The notes under the pieces are model-generated. The model was not told the DNA's origin. It searched no databases and worked only from the letters and a program-made list of their open reading frames with translations. A DNA stretch of 64,000 bases from the NCBI GenBank assembly GCA_964016885.1, contig OZ024747.1, positions 17,794,001 to 17,858,000 of the forward strand. Reading direction: 5' to 3'. Origin of the DNA: Eledone cirrhosa (taxonomy: Eukaryota). Numbering within the stretch: position 1 is the stretch's first letter; the number at the start of each line of letters is the position of its first letter. Made by a program: the position numbers and the translations under genes. Of the stretch, positions 29,894 to 46,310 are shown one piece after another.

Positions 29894-30235
29894 GAACTGA
29901 TGTAGATGTAGAGAAGGTACATGCCCAAGGCTCCGGGAAGCAGGACTAAACCAAGAAACATGGGTTTGCAAAGTGAACTACTTAAACATACAGCTATGTC
30001 TACGATCCTATATACATATGGTAATTTGTGTTCATACAATCAACAATATTATCCAACAATCTCTGAAATGGCTGAGTAGATTTCTATACATCTCTATAGT
30101 TAATTATACTAAGATTTCTTTTTTCGCAGATACCTGTGCTCTATACACAGAGCTAATAACGCTATTATATACAATTAATATAGTATACACATACCTGCAC
30201 ATAGATGCACCACATACGTTTGTGTGTCTGTTACT

Positions 30236-32119
<1,884 letters not shown>

Positions 32120-32615
32120 ACTTTTTTTTCTTATTCGTTTTCTTCTTCTCTTTTGTTTTTATCTATATATTTATTTCTATATATTTTGTGTCATGTGTAA
32201 TAATCAACCGGAGTACCGGCGTATTCACTGGTCACAAATCTTCTAAACAGGATATGTTCCAACAATAAAATAAGTTAAAACTGAATTGTAGTTTAGACTT
32301 TATGCTGCAAATATCAGATCAAATCGATATTATATACTAATGTATTAGAAAGAAAAAAATTCTTATATATATCTATATAGTGTTGAAGATATATTTACTC
32401 GTATCTTCTCTTCCCGCAGGAGACAGAATAATATAGAGTTCTGACTTATGATAAAAATAAATAATATATTTTCTTACTTGACTCTCCGCTTCATAAATTG
32501 ACGCCAAGAATATCTTAATCCACCGAAAATGTTTGGTTATTTTCTAGGTTTTTACATTTACATCTAACTGTCTATATATGACTTTTTTAGATACGTAGAT
32601 GAATATATATCTTAC

Positions 32616-32672
<57 letters not shown>

Positions 32673-32908
32673 GGGCCTTGGAAGAATTGGAGGGAAGGGG
32701 CCAAATTTGGATAATTTAGTTGTAGTGATTAGTTTAGCTCTTTGCACTCTAAAATGGTCAGAAAACTTCGATATGCGATAAACATAATATGTACATAAAT
32801 TGTAGCGCATATCCAAATAGATGTGTTTCTTGGTAGTTTGGGGAGAAAATATAATTATTGGAGGGGCTGGCTATGGACTCCCTGGCGCTCCGTGTTCCAC
32901 CGCTCTTG

Positions 32909-33049
<141 letters not shown>

Positions 33050-33204
33050 GGGTTTAATCGGGGGGTAACCATAGTAAGGTACTCAATATTCTATATTAAA
33101 TACTATACATATATATATACATATAACAATGAATGTGTGGTAAGATACCAGGTAGACCATAACGCACCAGAGTACTCGATACTTAGAGTAGTAGAGTGGG
33201 TAAT

Positions 33205-33307
33205 AGGAAAATAGTCAGGACCCCGACGGCTGAGCTCCGGCCATTTCGACAGCTAGATCCGAAGTCGAAATGGCCGGCGCTCAGCCGTCGGGGTCCTGAC
33301 TATTTTC

Positions 33308-33309
<2 letters not shown>
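33205..33309. repeat. near-perfect inverted repeat (46-bp arms, 13-nt spacer)
   Basis: 33205-33250 versus 33264-33309, one mismatch. Confidence 0.95.
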
Positions 33310-33371
<62 letters not shown>

Positions 33372-33409
33372 ATGTATGTATGTATGTATGTAGGTAGGTA
33401 TGTATGTAT

Positions 33410-34073
33410 GTACGGCGGCGTCAGGGCTGGTTGGAGAAGGCGGCAAGCGGTAGGCCGCCGCTTCTTATGTCAGGTCACCAGTTGGTGCTACTGGTAACAT
33501 GTATCCCAGTACAACCTGTCTCATGGTCGGGTCGTTGGCGACTAAACTGGCAACACCACCAAGGTTTCTTGGTCAGGAGAGTGACTTTGGACATCCTGCA
33601 GCTAAAAACGAAACCTGTCAAAGGGCAAAGGAGCTCTTAAGAGTCAATGGTCATCCAAAATCACCGGGAGAGATGACCCCTTAGCCTTTGTCAATGCAGA
33701 ATTCTAGGAGAAGGAAAACTCTGATATAACACCTGCAACCCTGATGGTAGCCAATGATGTTGACTTGTTCTTCTTTTTGGTAAATATCTTGGTTAAGAGA
33801 GTGGGACTGGCTTTGTGCAGTGCCTTTGCTCACTATAAAAGCTTCACGGCACAGGCATTGCTTTATATCTGGAGATCTCTCTGCACTTGTCGTCACATGG
33901 TGCCATGGGCCCAGCACTATGTGTCAATAATTGTCACAAGTGTAGTGTTTGTACCAGAGTTTTCAAGTCGCTGGCTGGACTAAAAAGTTCACACTCGTTC
34001 AGCGCATTGGTAGGGGTTCTCCTACATGGATATAAAGTAGTGGCCGTACTCGAAAATGAGTTGGCAGCCACCA
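33410..34073 (+). mobile_element. probable RTE-clade-derived non-autonomous retroelement
   Basis: The 3' part encodes HKCSVCTRVFKSLAGLKSSH, resembling the C-terminal C2H2 motif of RTE ORFs, followed by a CTCGAAAATGAG terminal stem. Flanked by (ATGT)n. Confidence 0.45.
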
Positions 34074-34112
34074 TGTATATATATATAGAGAGAGAGAGAT
34101 AGATAGAGAGAT

Positions 34113-34189
<77 letters not shown>

Positions 34190-34213
34190 TACACACACAC
34201 ACACATTTACAGG

Positions 34214-34271
<58 letters not shown>

Positions 34272-34559
34272 TTACCGAAACACAGCTGAGGCATTCAACA
34301 GATGTTCTATCAACGAGGATATTATGGAAAGTCTCCACGGAATAATCATTGATATTTAGTGTTGTAGGAAGATGTATTGGAAACTTCCTCTTGATCCTAT
34401 CTGCTAATTTTATCGGTATATATGTTATTTGGATAAAATAATGAATTTTGTAAATATTTATTTAAGGAAATGGCATTTCTCAAGCAACACTGACTAAGCA
34501 TGTGTTTCAGCAATTCAGACCTGAAAGGGTTAAAAGGGTTAAAATAATTACTTAAGAGT

Positions 34560-34856
34560 CAGCAGATATTGCTGACAAGATTCATTAAGGAAGCCGCGAA
34601 TAAAACCACTCAAGTTAAATTTGTTCTGTTATGGAATATTATTGCTCGTGCTAAACCTCCATATACTGGTGGTGAATTTGCTAAGAACAATAGAGCTAAG
34701 GATGTTGCAGTGATAGATCAAAAATAAACCTCTACACAACTACAATGGCTAATAATAACGCAAACACCAGTTTCATGCCACATTACATAAAGACATATCT
34801 CTTAGATCAGTGTTCATGCTGCTGCAGGCAAAATGCAAAATGATTTAGAGAACTCT
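34560..34856 (+). pseudogene. decayed hAT (Charlie/SPIN, GTF2IRD2-like) transposase fragment
   Basis: Translation MEYIARAKPPYTGGEFAK resembles the IAKxxKPFTDGEFVK block. Stops and frameshifts surround it. Confidence 0.4.
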
Positions 34857-34859
34857 ATC

Positions 34860-37262
34860 ACCCACTACATCCACTACCTACACCCCCGCATCTAACAATA
34901 CTAAAGAGGAAAAAAATATATGCTATCGCCACCATCGCCTTCATCACAATCACTTTCCTCGTTACCACAAACAATACCAACCACAAAAACATATCACCCT
35001 CACCACCACCACCACACACCACTAATATAGTTAATAATAACTTCACCACCATCGCCACCACCTACTGACGTAATCAACAATAATAACAGCAAAAACATGA
35101 CAATCACTTTCCGCTTCCTCATTACCACAAAAACATATCACCATCGCCACCACCACCACCACTAATATCATTAACAACACCATCACCACCACCACCACCA
35201 CCACTAATATCATTAACAACACCATCACCACCACCACCACTAATATCATTAACAACAACACCAGCACCACTAACACCACCACTAACATCATCAACAACAC
35301 CATCACCACCACTAACATCATTAACAACACCACCAGCACCACTAACACCACCACTAACATCATCAACAACACCATCACCACCACTAACATCATTAACAAC
35401 ACCACCAGCACCACTAACACCACCACTAACATCATTAACAACAACACCAGCACCACTAACACCACCACTAACATCATTAACGACACCACCACCACTACTA
35501 ACATAATCAACAACACCATCACTACCACGCCACCACCACCACCACCACTTACGTAATCAACAACACCACCGCCTCTGCCACCACTAACATAATCAACAAT
35601 ATCATAACTACCATTCCACCACCACCACCACCACTAACAGCATTAACAACCCCATCACCGCCACTAACATAATCAACAACCCCACCACCGCCACTTACAT
35701 CATTAACAACACCACTACCACTACCACTACCACCACCACTTACATAATCAACAACCCCACCACCGCCACTTACATCATTAACAACACCACTACCACTACC
35801 ACTACCACTACCACTACCACCACCACTTACATAATCAACAACACCACCACCACCGCCATTCAACAACACCACCACCACCACTTACATAATCAACAACACC
35901 ACCACCGCCACTACCACCACCACCGCCATTCAACAACACCACCACCACCACTAACATCATCAACAACACCACCACCGCCACTTACATAATCAACAACACC
36001 ACCACCGCCACTACCATCACCACCACCACCCAACACCACCACCACCACTAACATCATCAACAACACCACCACCACCACTTACATAATCAACAACACCACC
36101 ACCGCCACTACCACCACCACCACCACTTACATAATCAACAACACCACCACCACTACCACCACCACCGCCATTCAACAACACCACCACCACCACCATCACT
36201 TACATAATCAACAACACCACCACCGCCACTACCACCACCGCCATTCAACAACACCACCACCATTCAACAACACCACCACCACCACTTACATAATCAACAA
36301 CAACACCACCGCCACTACCACCACCACCGCCATTCAACAACACCACCACCACCACCACCACTTACATAATCAACAACACCACCACCGCCACTACCACCAC
36401 CGCCATTCAACAACACCACCACCATTCAACAACACCACCACCACCACTTACATAATCAACAACACCACTACCGCCACTACCACCACCGCCACCATTCAAC
36501 AACACCACCACCATTCAACAACACCACCACCACCACTTACATAATCAACACCACCAACACCGCCACTACCACCACCGCCACCATTCAACAACACCACCAC
36601 CATTCAACAACACCACCACCACCACTTACATAATCAACAACACCACTACCGCCACTACCACCACCACCACCATTCAACAACACCACCACCGCCACTACCA
36701 CCACTACCACCACTACCACCACCATTCAACACCACCACCACCACCACTAACATCATCAACACCACCACCACCGCCACTACCACCACCACCACCATTCAAC
36801 ACCACCACCACCACCACTAACATCATTAACAACACCATCACCACCGCCACCACCACTATCACCATTACTATTAACAAAATCAACAGTAATAATAAAAACA
36901 ACACTATTACCACCACCTCCACCACCGCCGCCACCATCAAACTGATCACTTACTACCATCAATGTCACAAACAATTACCCCCCCCCCCCCAAACACCGCA
37001 ATAACACAAACAACAACAAAGAACACACCTTCACTACCACCACCACCACCACCACCACCACTATCACCACCACTACCACCGTCATTAACAATAGAAACAC
37101 TACCACCACCGCCACCAGTGACAATAAAATTACCACCACCACCACCACCACCACCACTATCACCACCACTACCACCGTCATTAACAATAGAAACACTACC
37201 ACCACCGCCACCAGTGACAATAACATTACCACCACCACCACCACCACCACTATCACCACCAC
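34860..37262. repeat. (CCA)/(ACA)/(CTA) low-complexity minisatellite
   Basis: Recurring ACCACCACTTACATAATCAACAAC-type units. Similar tracts at 38090-39000, 52910-54000 and 62210-62650. Confidence 0.9.
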
Positions 37263-38066
37263 TATTACTAATAATTGTTTCTACTTTAGGCACAAGGCCA
37301 GCAATTAACCAGTGCATTACTGGTACTTTATTTTATCGACCCCGTAAGGATAAAAGGCAGAGTTAACCTTGGCGGGATTTGAACTCAGAATGGCAAGGGC
37401 CGTAACTCTATGCGTCAAAGCATGGCGTCCGACCCTCTACCGATACTGCCAATCCACCAATAAAGTACCAGTAATGTACTGATATAATTGCTAGCCTTGT
37501 GCCAAAAGTAGAAACAACTATTACTAATAATTGTTTCTACTTTTGGCACAAGGCTAGCAATTATTCCAGTACATTACTGGTACTTTATTTTATCGACCCC
37601 GTAACGATGAAAGGCAAAGCTAACCCCAGCGAGATATAATCTCAGATCATAAAGCGCCGTAACTCTTTGCTGCAAAGAATGGCGTCCGACACTCTACCGA
37701 TACTGCCAATCCACCCGCTGGCAGTATCACTAGAGGGTCGGACGCCATGCTTTCCAGCATAGTTACGTCCCTTTACGATCTGAGTTCAAATCCCGCCGAG
37801 GTTAACTTTGCCTTTCATCCTTACGGGGTCGATAAAATAAAGTACCAGTAATGCACTGGAATAATTGCTGGCCTTGTGCCAAAAGTAGAAACAATTATTA
37901 CTAATAATTGTTTTTACTTTTGGCACAAGGCCAGCAATTATTCCAGTGCATTACTGGTACTTTAAAGTTAACCTCAACGGGATTTGAATTCAGACCGTAA
38001 AGGGACGTGACTCTATGCTGTCAAAGTATAGCGTCCGACCTGCTACCGATACTGCCAATTCACCAA
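37262..38066. mobile_element. array of five SINE pieces in alternating orientation
   Basis: Minus 37270-37458, plus tail 37459-37520, minus 37527-37718, plus 37719-37898, minus 37903-38065. Tails meet at TATTACTAATAAT. Confidence 0.85.
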
Positions 38067-38538
38067 TAATAGCCACAAAACAAAATGATCATCACCACCG
38101 CCACAACCACCACTACCACCACTACCACTACCACCACCACCACCACCACCACTACCACCACCACCACCACCACCACCACCATCTCTAACATTATACACAA
38201 AAACAATGTCCTCACCACCGCCACTACCACCACCGCCACTACCACCACCACCACTACCACCACCACCACCACCATCTCTAACATTATACACAAAAACAAT
38301 GTCCTCACCACCGCCACTACCACCACCGCCACTACCACCACCACCACCACCACCCTCTCTAACATTATACACAAAAACAATGTCCTCACCACCGCCGCCG
38401 CCACTATCATAAAGAAAACCAACATTATCCAAATAAAAACGACACTATTGCTGCCACATCTTAAACACTAACACAAACATTAATATAACAACTAGATTTT
38501 ATTGGTAGTAACACCACCCACGACCACCACTACTGCTG

Positions 38539-38570
<32 letters not shown>

Positions 38571-39496
38571 GCTGCTGCTGCTACTACCACTACTGCTACT
38601 ACTACTGCAACTTCACCACAATCACTACTACCACCACCACTACCACTACTACTACTGCTGCTACGACTACTATTACTGCTGCTACTACTACTATTACTAT
38701 TGCCACTACTAATACTAATACTACTGCTGCTACGACTACTACTACTGCTGCTGCTGCTGCTGCTACTACTACTAATACTACCACCACCACTATTACTACT
38801 ATTACTACCACCACTACTACTACTACCACTACTACACCACCACCACTACTACTACTACTACTACAACTTCACCACCACCACCCCATTAATACTACTACTA
38901 CAACTACTACCACTACTACTACTACTACCACTACTACAACTTCACCACCACCACTACCACTACTACTTCACCACCACCACCACCACCATTACAGCAATCA
39001 CTATCAACATGACTTACTAGAGATAGCAACCAAATCTCCTTCAGATCACACCCATCTTAAAATGAATGTTTTGCTATGCTCACGATGATTAGACAGCACA
39101 GTAATTACTATACATCATAACTAGCTGTCGGCTACATAACTTGATTGCTCAGATGACTCATTGATGACGTCAATTGAATCAACGAGAGTACATATATGTG
39201 GTAATTCCACATGCTAGAAATAACAACTATTTTCCCTCAAATCACACTTATCTTCAAATGGAAGCATTGCTATGTTCTCAATAACACTGTAATTACAACT
39301 GATCATAACTAGATATCGATTGCTTAACCTGATTGCATAAATAACTCATATTGATAACGTCAAAGACATCAACGAGAGTTCAGCTGTGTATTTATTCCAG
39401 GTGCTAGAAATAGCAACCAAATCTTTCTCAAATCATATCCTACGCTCTTAAAAAAGTATGCACGCAGAGTAGAATATTATGGGGATACATAATTTT

Positions 39497-39682
39497 TGGA
39501 TTGGCAGTATCGGTAGAGGGCTGGACGCCATGCTTTTTAGTATAAAGTTACGCTCCTTTACGGTCTGAATTCAAATCCTGCCGTGGTTAACTTTGCATTT
39601 CATCCTTACGGGGTCGATAAAATAAAGTACCGGTAAAGCACTGAGATAATTGCTGGCCTTGTGCTAAACGTAGAAACAATTA
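39497..39682 (+). mobile_element. tRNA-derived SINE
   Basis: Full consensus match. Confidence 0.85.
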
Positions 39683-40989
39683 TGTTTTACTGTTTGATCA
39701 AGGAAGTGTAGAGGTCATATTCCTTTACAGGATCTTCCAATTCGTGGAAGGGAGGAAGGAGGAAGAAAGTAACCTTAAACCGGAATGCTTGCAATAGAAA
39801 AAACTCCGCTAAAAGGATCAAAGACTTAGCAGATAGAGGTCAACTTGTTGGTGGATTAAGACTCGCTCCTATATAGGCTGGGGCGAGGTTCTTTTTTTTT
39901 TCAGAAAGCAAAGAGTTTGAACAAATACCGCAAGACATTCTATTTGACACTCTAACAATCCATAGCAAATAAATACTGCTCTGAGCTAGGACTTTATTTT
40001 ATCGACCCCAAAAAGTGTGAAAGGCAAAATTGACCTCGGCGGAATTTGAGCTGAGATTCGGAATAAATATCGCATGGGATTTTGAATTTATGCTGTAACG
40101 ACGTTGTGCTAATTCACTTCTTGCATTATTCCCAGAGAATAAAAAAGACATGGGATGGTCATTGCTGGAATGCCTTTGACGATAAATCCGCTCAATTAAG
40201 ACAGACATAAGACTAAAAACAATACCAGCAGTAACTTATCAGACCAGGTTAAGTTAAAGGTAAAGCCTATCCAAAGCCCTGTGACTTATCATACGGGGTT
40301 TATGCCAATTTCCTTGGCGTTAAGCCACTGAGAGTTCACGACATTCTGTCGCAGAGTTGCCCCCTTTTGCGGATACTAATTTCTTATTATCTGAGTAGGC
40401 TGGAAGAATGTGAAATGAAGTCTCTTGCTTAATGACACAACGCGTCGCCTCGCTTAGGAATAAAACTCACAGCTTCATATTAGTGAACCAAACGCCATAA
40501 CAAATATGCAATGTATCTTCGCAGTAGATCATGTAGTGTTTAGCAAGATTAGAAATTGTTAAGCAATGATGCAATCAATTCATATGGCAACATAATTACA
40601 CAGCTATATACGTTGCCTAGTGTGGAAATATCATTATTTTAATTTCTTTCTGCTCAAATAGAAGTAGATATTATTTGAACACTTAGCAACACACATCAAC
40701 AGTTATTCATTCATGATATAATGAATTCAAAACTATGAGATAATAAATAATATACCCCCCTCATCGTCACACGCATCCACTGCAAACACTATGAATGATT
40801 ACAAATCTGTGTGTGGGTAGATGTATAGAATTATGTATGTATGTATGTATGTATGTATGTATGTATGTTCTGATTATACGATTTTATGAATTTTCACCAA
40901 TACAGAATCGGCTTTTAACATAGAAACAATACTCTTTCATTAGAATTTAGACATCAACTATGCAAATGCGTATGTATATCTGTATGTAT

Positions 40990-41500
40990 TTGTGTGTGCA
41001 TTCCACAAGTACTCTTCCATATTATGTATGTATATATCTTCCACTTCACTGTATCCTTTTATATTTTTATCCTCAGGGCTATCTTTCTGTAGATTACATA
41101 GTGTAGTGTTTTGGGCCACTACATCATGCCTCATAGGTAGAGAGTATCGTGATGACATCTTTGGACAGATGCTTATGATGTGAGTAACATCTTCGATGTT
41201 TATTCACAGTCTGCATCTGTTGTCACATCTAAGTGTTTTGCCTACATTCCTATTTTTTTTTTTTTTGCATTAGATATTTTGTTGTTATTTTCTGTTATTG
41301 AATTGTATTTTTTTCTCGTTTTACAATTATATTGGAATATTCATCCTGACCAAATTCCATCCTTACATCTTTCGAGAACCAGGTCATAGTGTTTCTTCAT
41401 ACCATTTATATTATTGGCATAAAGTTTCATGTCATTCACAATTAAGCTGTTTTAGGTTAGTGTTTCCGGTCTCTTGCGAACCAATTACTTATCCTTTGTA
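40990..41500 (-). pseudogene. R4/Dong-clade non-LTR retrotransposon remnant (RT and CCHC fragments)
   Basis: Minus-strand peptides VNDMKLYANN and FSKDVRMEFGQD (cf. MDDLKLY...FSKDIGMEFGLDKC), and RCRL..EDVTHIISICPKMSSRYSLPMRHDVVA (cf. CRxC..ETxxHIISGC..RHD). Confidence 0.7.
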
Positions 41501-41616
41501 TATCCTAAGCATAAAGGATGGATCCTAACAGAATGGATCCTACCGTTCAAACCACCATTTGTTCCATTTCAGTTTAAATGCTGTCGGACTGAACGAAATG
41601 CTGTCAGATTTGAACG

Positions 41617-41669
<53 letters not shown>

Positions 41670-41716
41670 CGTGTATTAATAATCCTTTTCAGGCAGATGT
41701 GTTTGTATATGCGAGC

Positions 41717-41836
<120 letters not shown>

Positions 41837-42865
41837 CTGTGTGTGTGCCTGTGTGTGTCTGTGTCTGTGTCTCTGTGTCTCTGTGTGTCTCTGTGTGTCT
41901 GTGTGTTGTGCTTATGTACACATACATAAGTATGTTTGTATAAGCCAATAGTCAATCCAAACCATATGCTTTAAATGTTTTGTTTTTTTTTGTGTTTTTT
42001 TCTTTAGTTTCTGATTTATTTCAATATTTTCTTCTTTTTGCTTTCATTTTAGATTTGGATTCAAGTTGTTTATTTATAAAATGATATTCCAAAGTATTGT
42101 GTCAATGTCATGTGGCTTTGACAACTAAGATGAAATCCAAAATCGATAGTGAACTGAACATCTAGCAGAAAGAAAGGCCATTAAATAGTCACTTGACGTG
42201 CTAGAAATGGCAGCGAAATCTTCCCCAACTCCCGTTCTACCATCTTAAAAAAGGAATGGTGACAAACTTATATTCTTACATACACAGACACACACACACA
42301 TCTTATATTCTTACATACACATACAAACACACACACACAAACATCCACACACATACAAACACACGCGCACTCTCACACACATACATACATACAGAGAGAC
42401 AGACAGACAGATACACAGACAGACAGACAGACAGACAGACAGACTCCCATAGATGCGATCCCTCATTCTGTCCCCAGAAAAACTGATACTGGCAGGATAT
42501 GAATTCAGAGCACCGAAACGAAGCAGAATATGCGACGTTCTAACGACTCTACCAATTTGTCTTCCTAGATGTAGTAAGTTTAAGAAGTTTACTTCACAGT
42601 CATGATGATCTAGATTAGGGTCTACAGTGTGACATATTGCACCATAGCCTCAGAGAGACTCAAACCATGAGAGTAAAACCGGGTAGACAGGAACTGCGTA
42701 GAAGCATGTTGAGTGGATTGTAAAAGTAATTCAATGAACTAAGTCTTACCACACATTGTATCTCACTGAATTTCGTTGAGAATTCGGTTAAATGTACATG
42801 TGTCTGTGAAATACTCTGAAACTCGGACAGAAATTTAAGGAGTAAACCGTTCCGTTGTTCGAACA

Positions 42866-43060
42866 CAGACCTGCCAACCTCTAAAATTCCAAACGGGGAG
42901 TACCATGAAAAAAGGTGCCCCAAAACGGGGAGAAATGAGGCAAAATGGGAAGATTTTACATAATGAAAGCTATACCCATTTTCACAAAAGAAGACATCTC
43001 TCACCTACCCCAAAGTGGACGGGAGATCTCCCCATTGGACGGTGAGAGTTGACAGGTCTG
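42866..43060. mobile_element. hAT-like MITE with 6-bp flanking duplication CGAACA
   Basis: Reverse-orientation copy of 27784-27978. CGAACA at 42860-42865 and 43061-43066. Confidence 0.85.
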
Positions 43061-45288
43061 CGAACAATTAGAATACATATCTTCGAAACTAACAGAGGTT
43101 CATTTGCTTTGGGAAGGCTGGGGTTGATTTGATAAAGGTTTGGCTAATATTTATTTCTAACATAGAGGCTTCCTCGTTGAACAGTGTCATGTCAAGTAAT
43201 CACAGCGGATAGGATGTTATGTTAATGCAAATGGTGGAACCGGTATGCGAACCATACATTTCTTTCCTTGCTGTCTGACACCATATCTTCATCTCAGACA
43301 CATATTTTTCTTCAAAAAGATTAATCACAGACATAATAAATTGTTGAAGTATATTTATATAAACACTCCAATTTAAGTGTAAATGGCATATTTCAATCGT
43401 ACCTCTTTGTTTTCACTTTCCTTTTATTGTACTTGTTTTGTTATAGTATTTTATAATCTTTTCTCTTAATTATTTTAATTATTAATCAATTTTGTTTTAA
43501 TTATTGTAGTTGTTGTTGTTGTTGTTTATAGTTAATGGCATTTAATTACTTTTCGAAACTGTTTTGGCACATTAATAAAATGTTAAAAGCCGTTTATAGC
43601 CTATTCATTAAAAAAAATATTGATTTCTCTTAACTAGCAACATGGCAAATTTTGTGGAGGTTAAAGCTACAGTGGGCATAGTAAATGGATAACCACCATC
43701 ATCATCCCTACAACTCTTCAGTCAGTTATTAGGCGGTAGATTTAATAAAAAGAATAATTAACGTGTGAGTGACTGAGTATTCTACAGATAATTGTACCCT
43801 TAACGTATTTCTCGAAGAGATTCAGCGTGACACAGTGTGCAACAGGGTTCACTCTATGAATTACAGGTACAGTTCATCCGACGGGTTTCTACACGGTGTG
43901 CGTCTACCCAGTTTCACTTACAAGGCTTGTGTCAATTAGATGTTATAGTAGAAACAAAACATACATGCCCAAGATGCAACGCATTAGAATCGAACCCGAA
44001 ACATCAAGACTACGAAGTGAACTTTTTAACAATTTGATCATGTTGTGCTCACTAACTTCAGACGTGAAGTAATACATCGCTCAGTTTAACACATTCAAAT
44101 GGCTCTTGGGTTATCTCGGAGCATATCAAGGAAGACGTGTTGAAAGAGCCATTTCAACTTACTGGGCTTACACTTGTCGGTGGCCATTTCCAACTCGAAA
44201 GCAGCGAGTAGGAAGGAAGTTCGGATACATAGAACGCCAGATGTCTACATCATTATAGGTTCAACGACAAACCTATTAGAAAGCGGCTGACGCTTCAACA
44301 GCTTGAGATCTTCAGTCCCACAATACCTATCAGTCATGATTCTTCTTCCCACATTCCTCCCTCCAATCCAGTCTCACAGGACCTGCAAGACTGTGATGGA
44401 AGTTGCCCCCTTTTCCTTATCTGACTAACCCATAAAAAATGGAAAAGACATTTCTAGCACTAGGAGCTCCTGGCCGGCAAACGAGAGGTGTGTGGTTCAG
44501 TTCCCTGCAGGCACCTCTGTTCACATTTTTCAGTCTCTAGGGATACTTTACTTGACTTATCCAAATATGTTTATAGTTATCAACTATTATTATAGTTATC
44601 TACATTGTGCTAACTCTTTTTTTATATTTCTAGTACTTATTTTAATGAATCAACCCTGAATAACCTTCAGTTTTGTTCGATAGGTCGACATGCTATCGTC
44701 TCGATTTAATGCGATTCAAAAATACACTCCTGTAAGAAATCTATAATTTGAAATTTCGATAAAATCAAATGACGGTTTGTTAGCTGTTCGGATAGTTATA
44801 GTGACCCATTACTATGAATGTGCATGTATAGAGCCGTGACTCCTGGGGGTGTCGTAGGGGTGCGGTACTGACATACGGTCTTGAGCATTTTAAACCTAGC
44901 TGAGCCCTTCTCCTCTGCAGGTTTGAAAAGAGACAATTTCTTCCCGAAGAGGAGAGAGGGTGAGAGACCGGAAGTGAGAAATAGATATAGAGGAAGAATT
45001 TACCCCGGGTTGGTACTTTTGTATCGACTTCGAAAGGATGAAAGAGAAAGTGTCTTGCTCAATGACACAACGTGCCACTGGGAATCGAACTCATTGCAAA
45101 CCGAATACCCTAACCACTAAGCCCCGCGCTTTCACAAAAAAAGCTAACATATGCAGTGAGTAAATGCATCATATAAATGTGCGTGTGTATATATATATAT
45201 ATATATATATAGTAATAATAATAAATGTGAAGATCCCGTTAAGGGTGAAAGCAGCGATTCTTTGCTTAATAAATATATATATATATAC

Positions 45289-45383
<95 letters not shown>

Positions 45384-46091
45384 GGAGTGCATGTGAATAT
45401 ATATATGCGTGCATTTTTTAACAATAGCGTCGTTGGATATCTGTATTCAAATAGGGTTTCAACAGGCCAAGTACTGATTCACTATTTACTGATAAATGAT
45501 TTGCTTTGAAAGAAAGGAAATGATGAGAAATTAATTAATTAAAAGAGAAAGAAAAAGAAAGAAGGAAGGAAGGAATGGAAAAGAAAAACGAGGAGAGAGT
45601 AAAGAGAGATGTAGTTAGGAAAACTGTTTAGAATGATTAATAGTAGAACAAAGCGAGAAAAACACCAAAAGGTTTCTTTTAACTAGGATTTCTGGAAGGA
45701 AAATATCTTTGCTTTCAATTACTAACTCCAACGAGTAATCCTCCTCTATGCATGCAATTCCTAACCTAGGGGATCAGTAAAGGTAGTACTGGTGACCCCT
45801 CAGCTAGGTTCAATATTTCAAGTAATTTCTTAAAAACATAATGTGCACATGCTATTGATTATACAGTCCTCTCTATATATATATAAACATTCCTTTATTT
45901 CTATTATTATTCTCACTGAATATCATGCTGAGAGGAGAGTGGTTGTAGCGGGGGGAGGGGATAAATTCATTTAAATAAAAGAGGTCCTTGAGAACTACTA
46001 CTCTACGCTGTCGCCAACCTACAAGAAATGCCAGCGAAATTTCCCTCAAATCATATCCTACATTCTTGAAAAAGGAAATGTACAAAAACCA

Positions 46092-46310
46092 GAGCATTTA
46101 AACCGGCCATATCCAGCCAAAATTCTCTCACCTTTTTCTGTTCAAACCAGCTGTAACTGGCCACGTATACTGATGTTAAGGTATTGTTCTCAAAATAAAT
46201 AATATCAAAATCTCATAGATTCGATAATATGTGAGATAATTATGTGAGGTAAAGTGTTTACCGCGAAAATATAATAGTAAATATAGAGTAATGTAAATGC
46301 TAAATGGTTA
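46092..46310. mobile_element. piggyBac-like MITE (degenerate copy)
   Basis: Reverse complement of 63362-63582; ends TAAATGCTAAATGG-TTAA. Confidence 0.6.

Noticed and set aside
32670-32908. Possible hAT-like MITE
   Set aside because: Termini match only about 10/15 and there is no second copy in the window.
35043-39020. Gly-, Val-, Pro- or Thr-rich ORFs resembling structural proteins
   Set aside because: Trinucleotide low-complexity DNA open in several frames on both strands, interleaved with SINEs and without evident splice structure.
45225-45265. TGAAGA-TCCC/GGGT-GAAA motif, with a related copy at ~26100-26140 on the minus strand
   Set aside because: Core mismatched in both copies and no NUH triplet or stem I; at best a relic.
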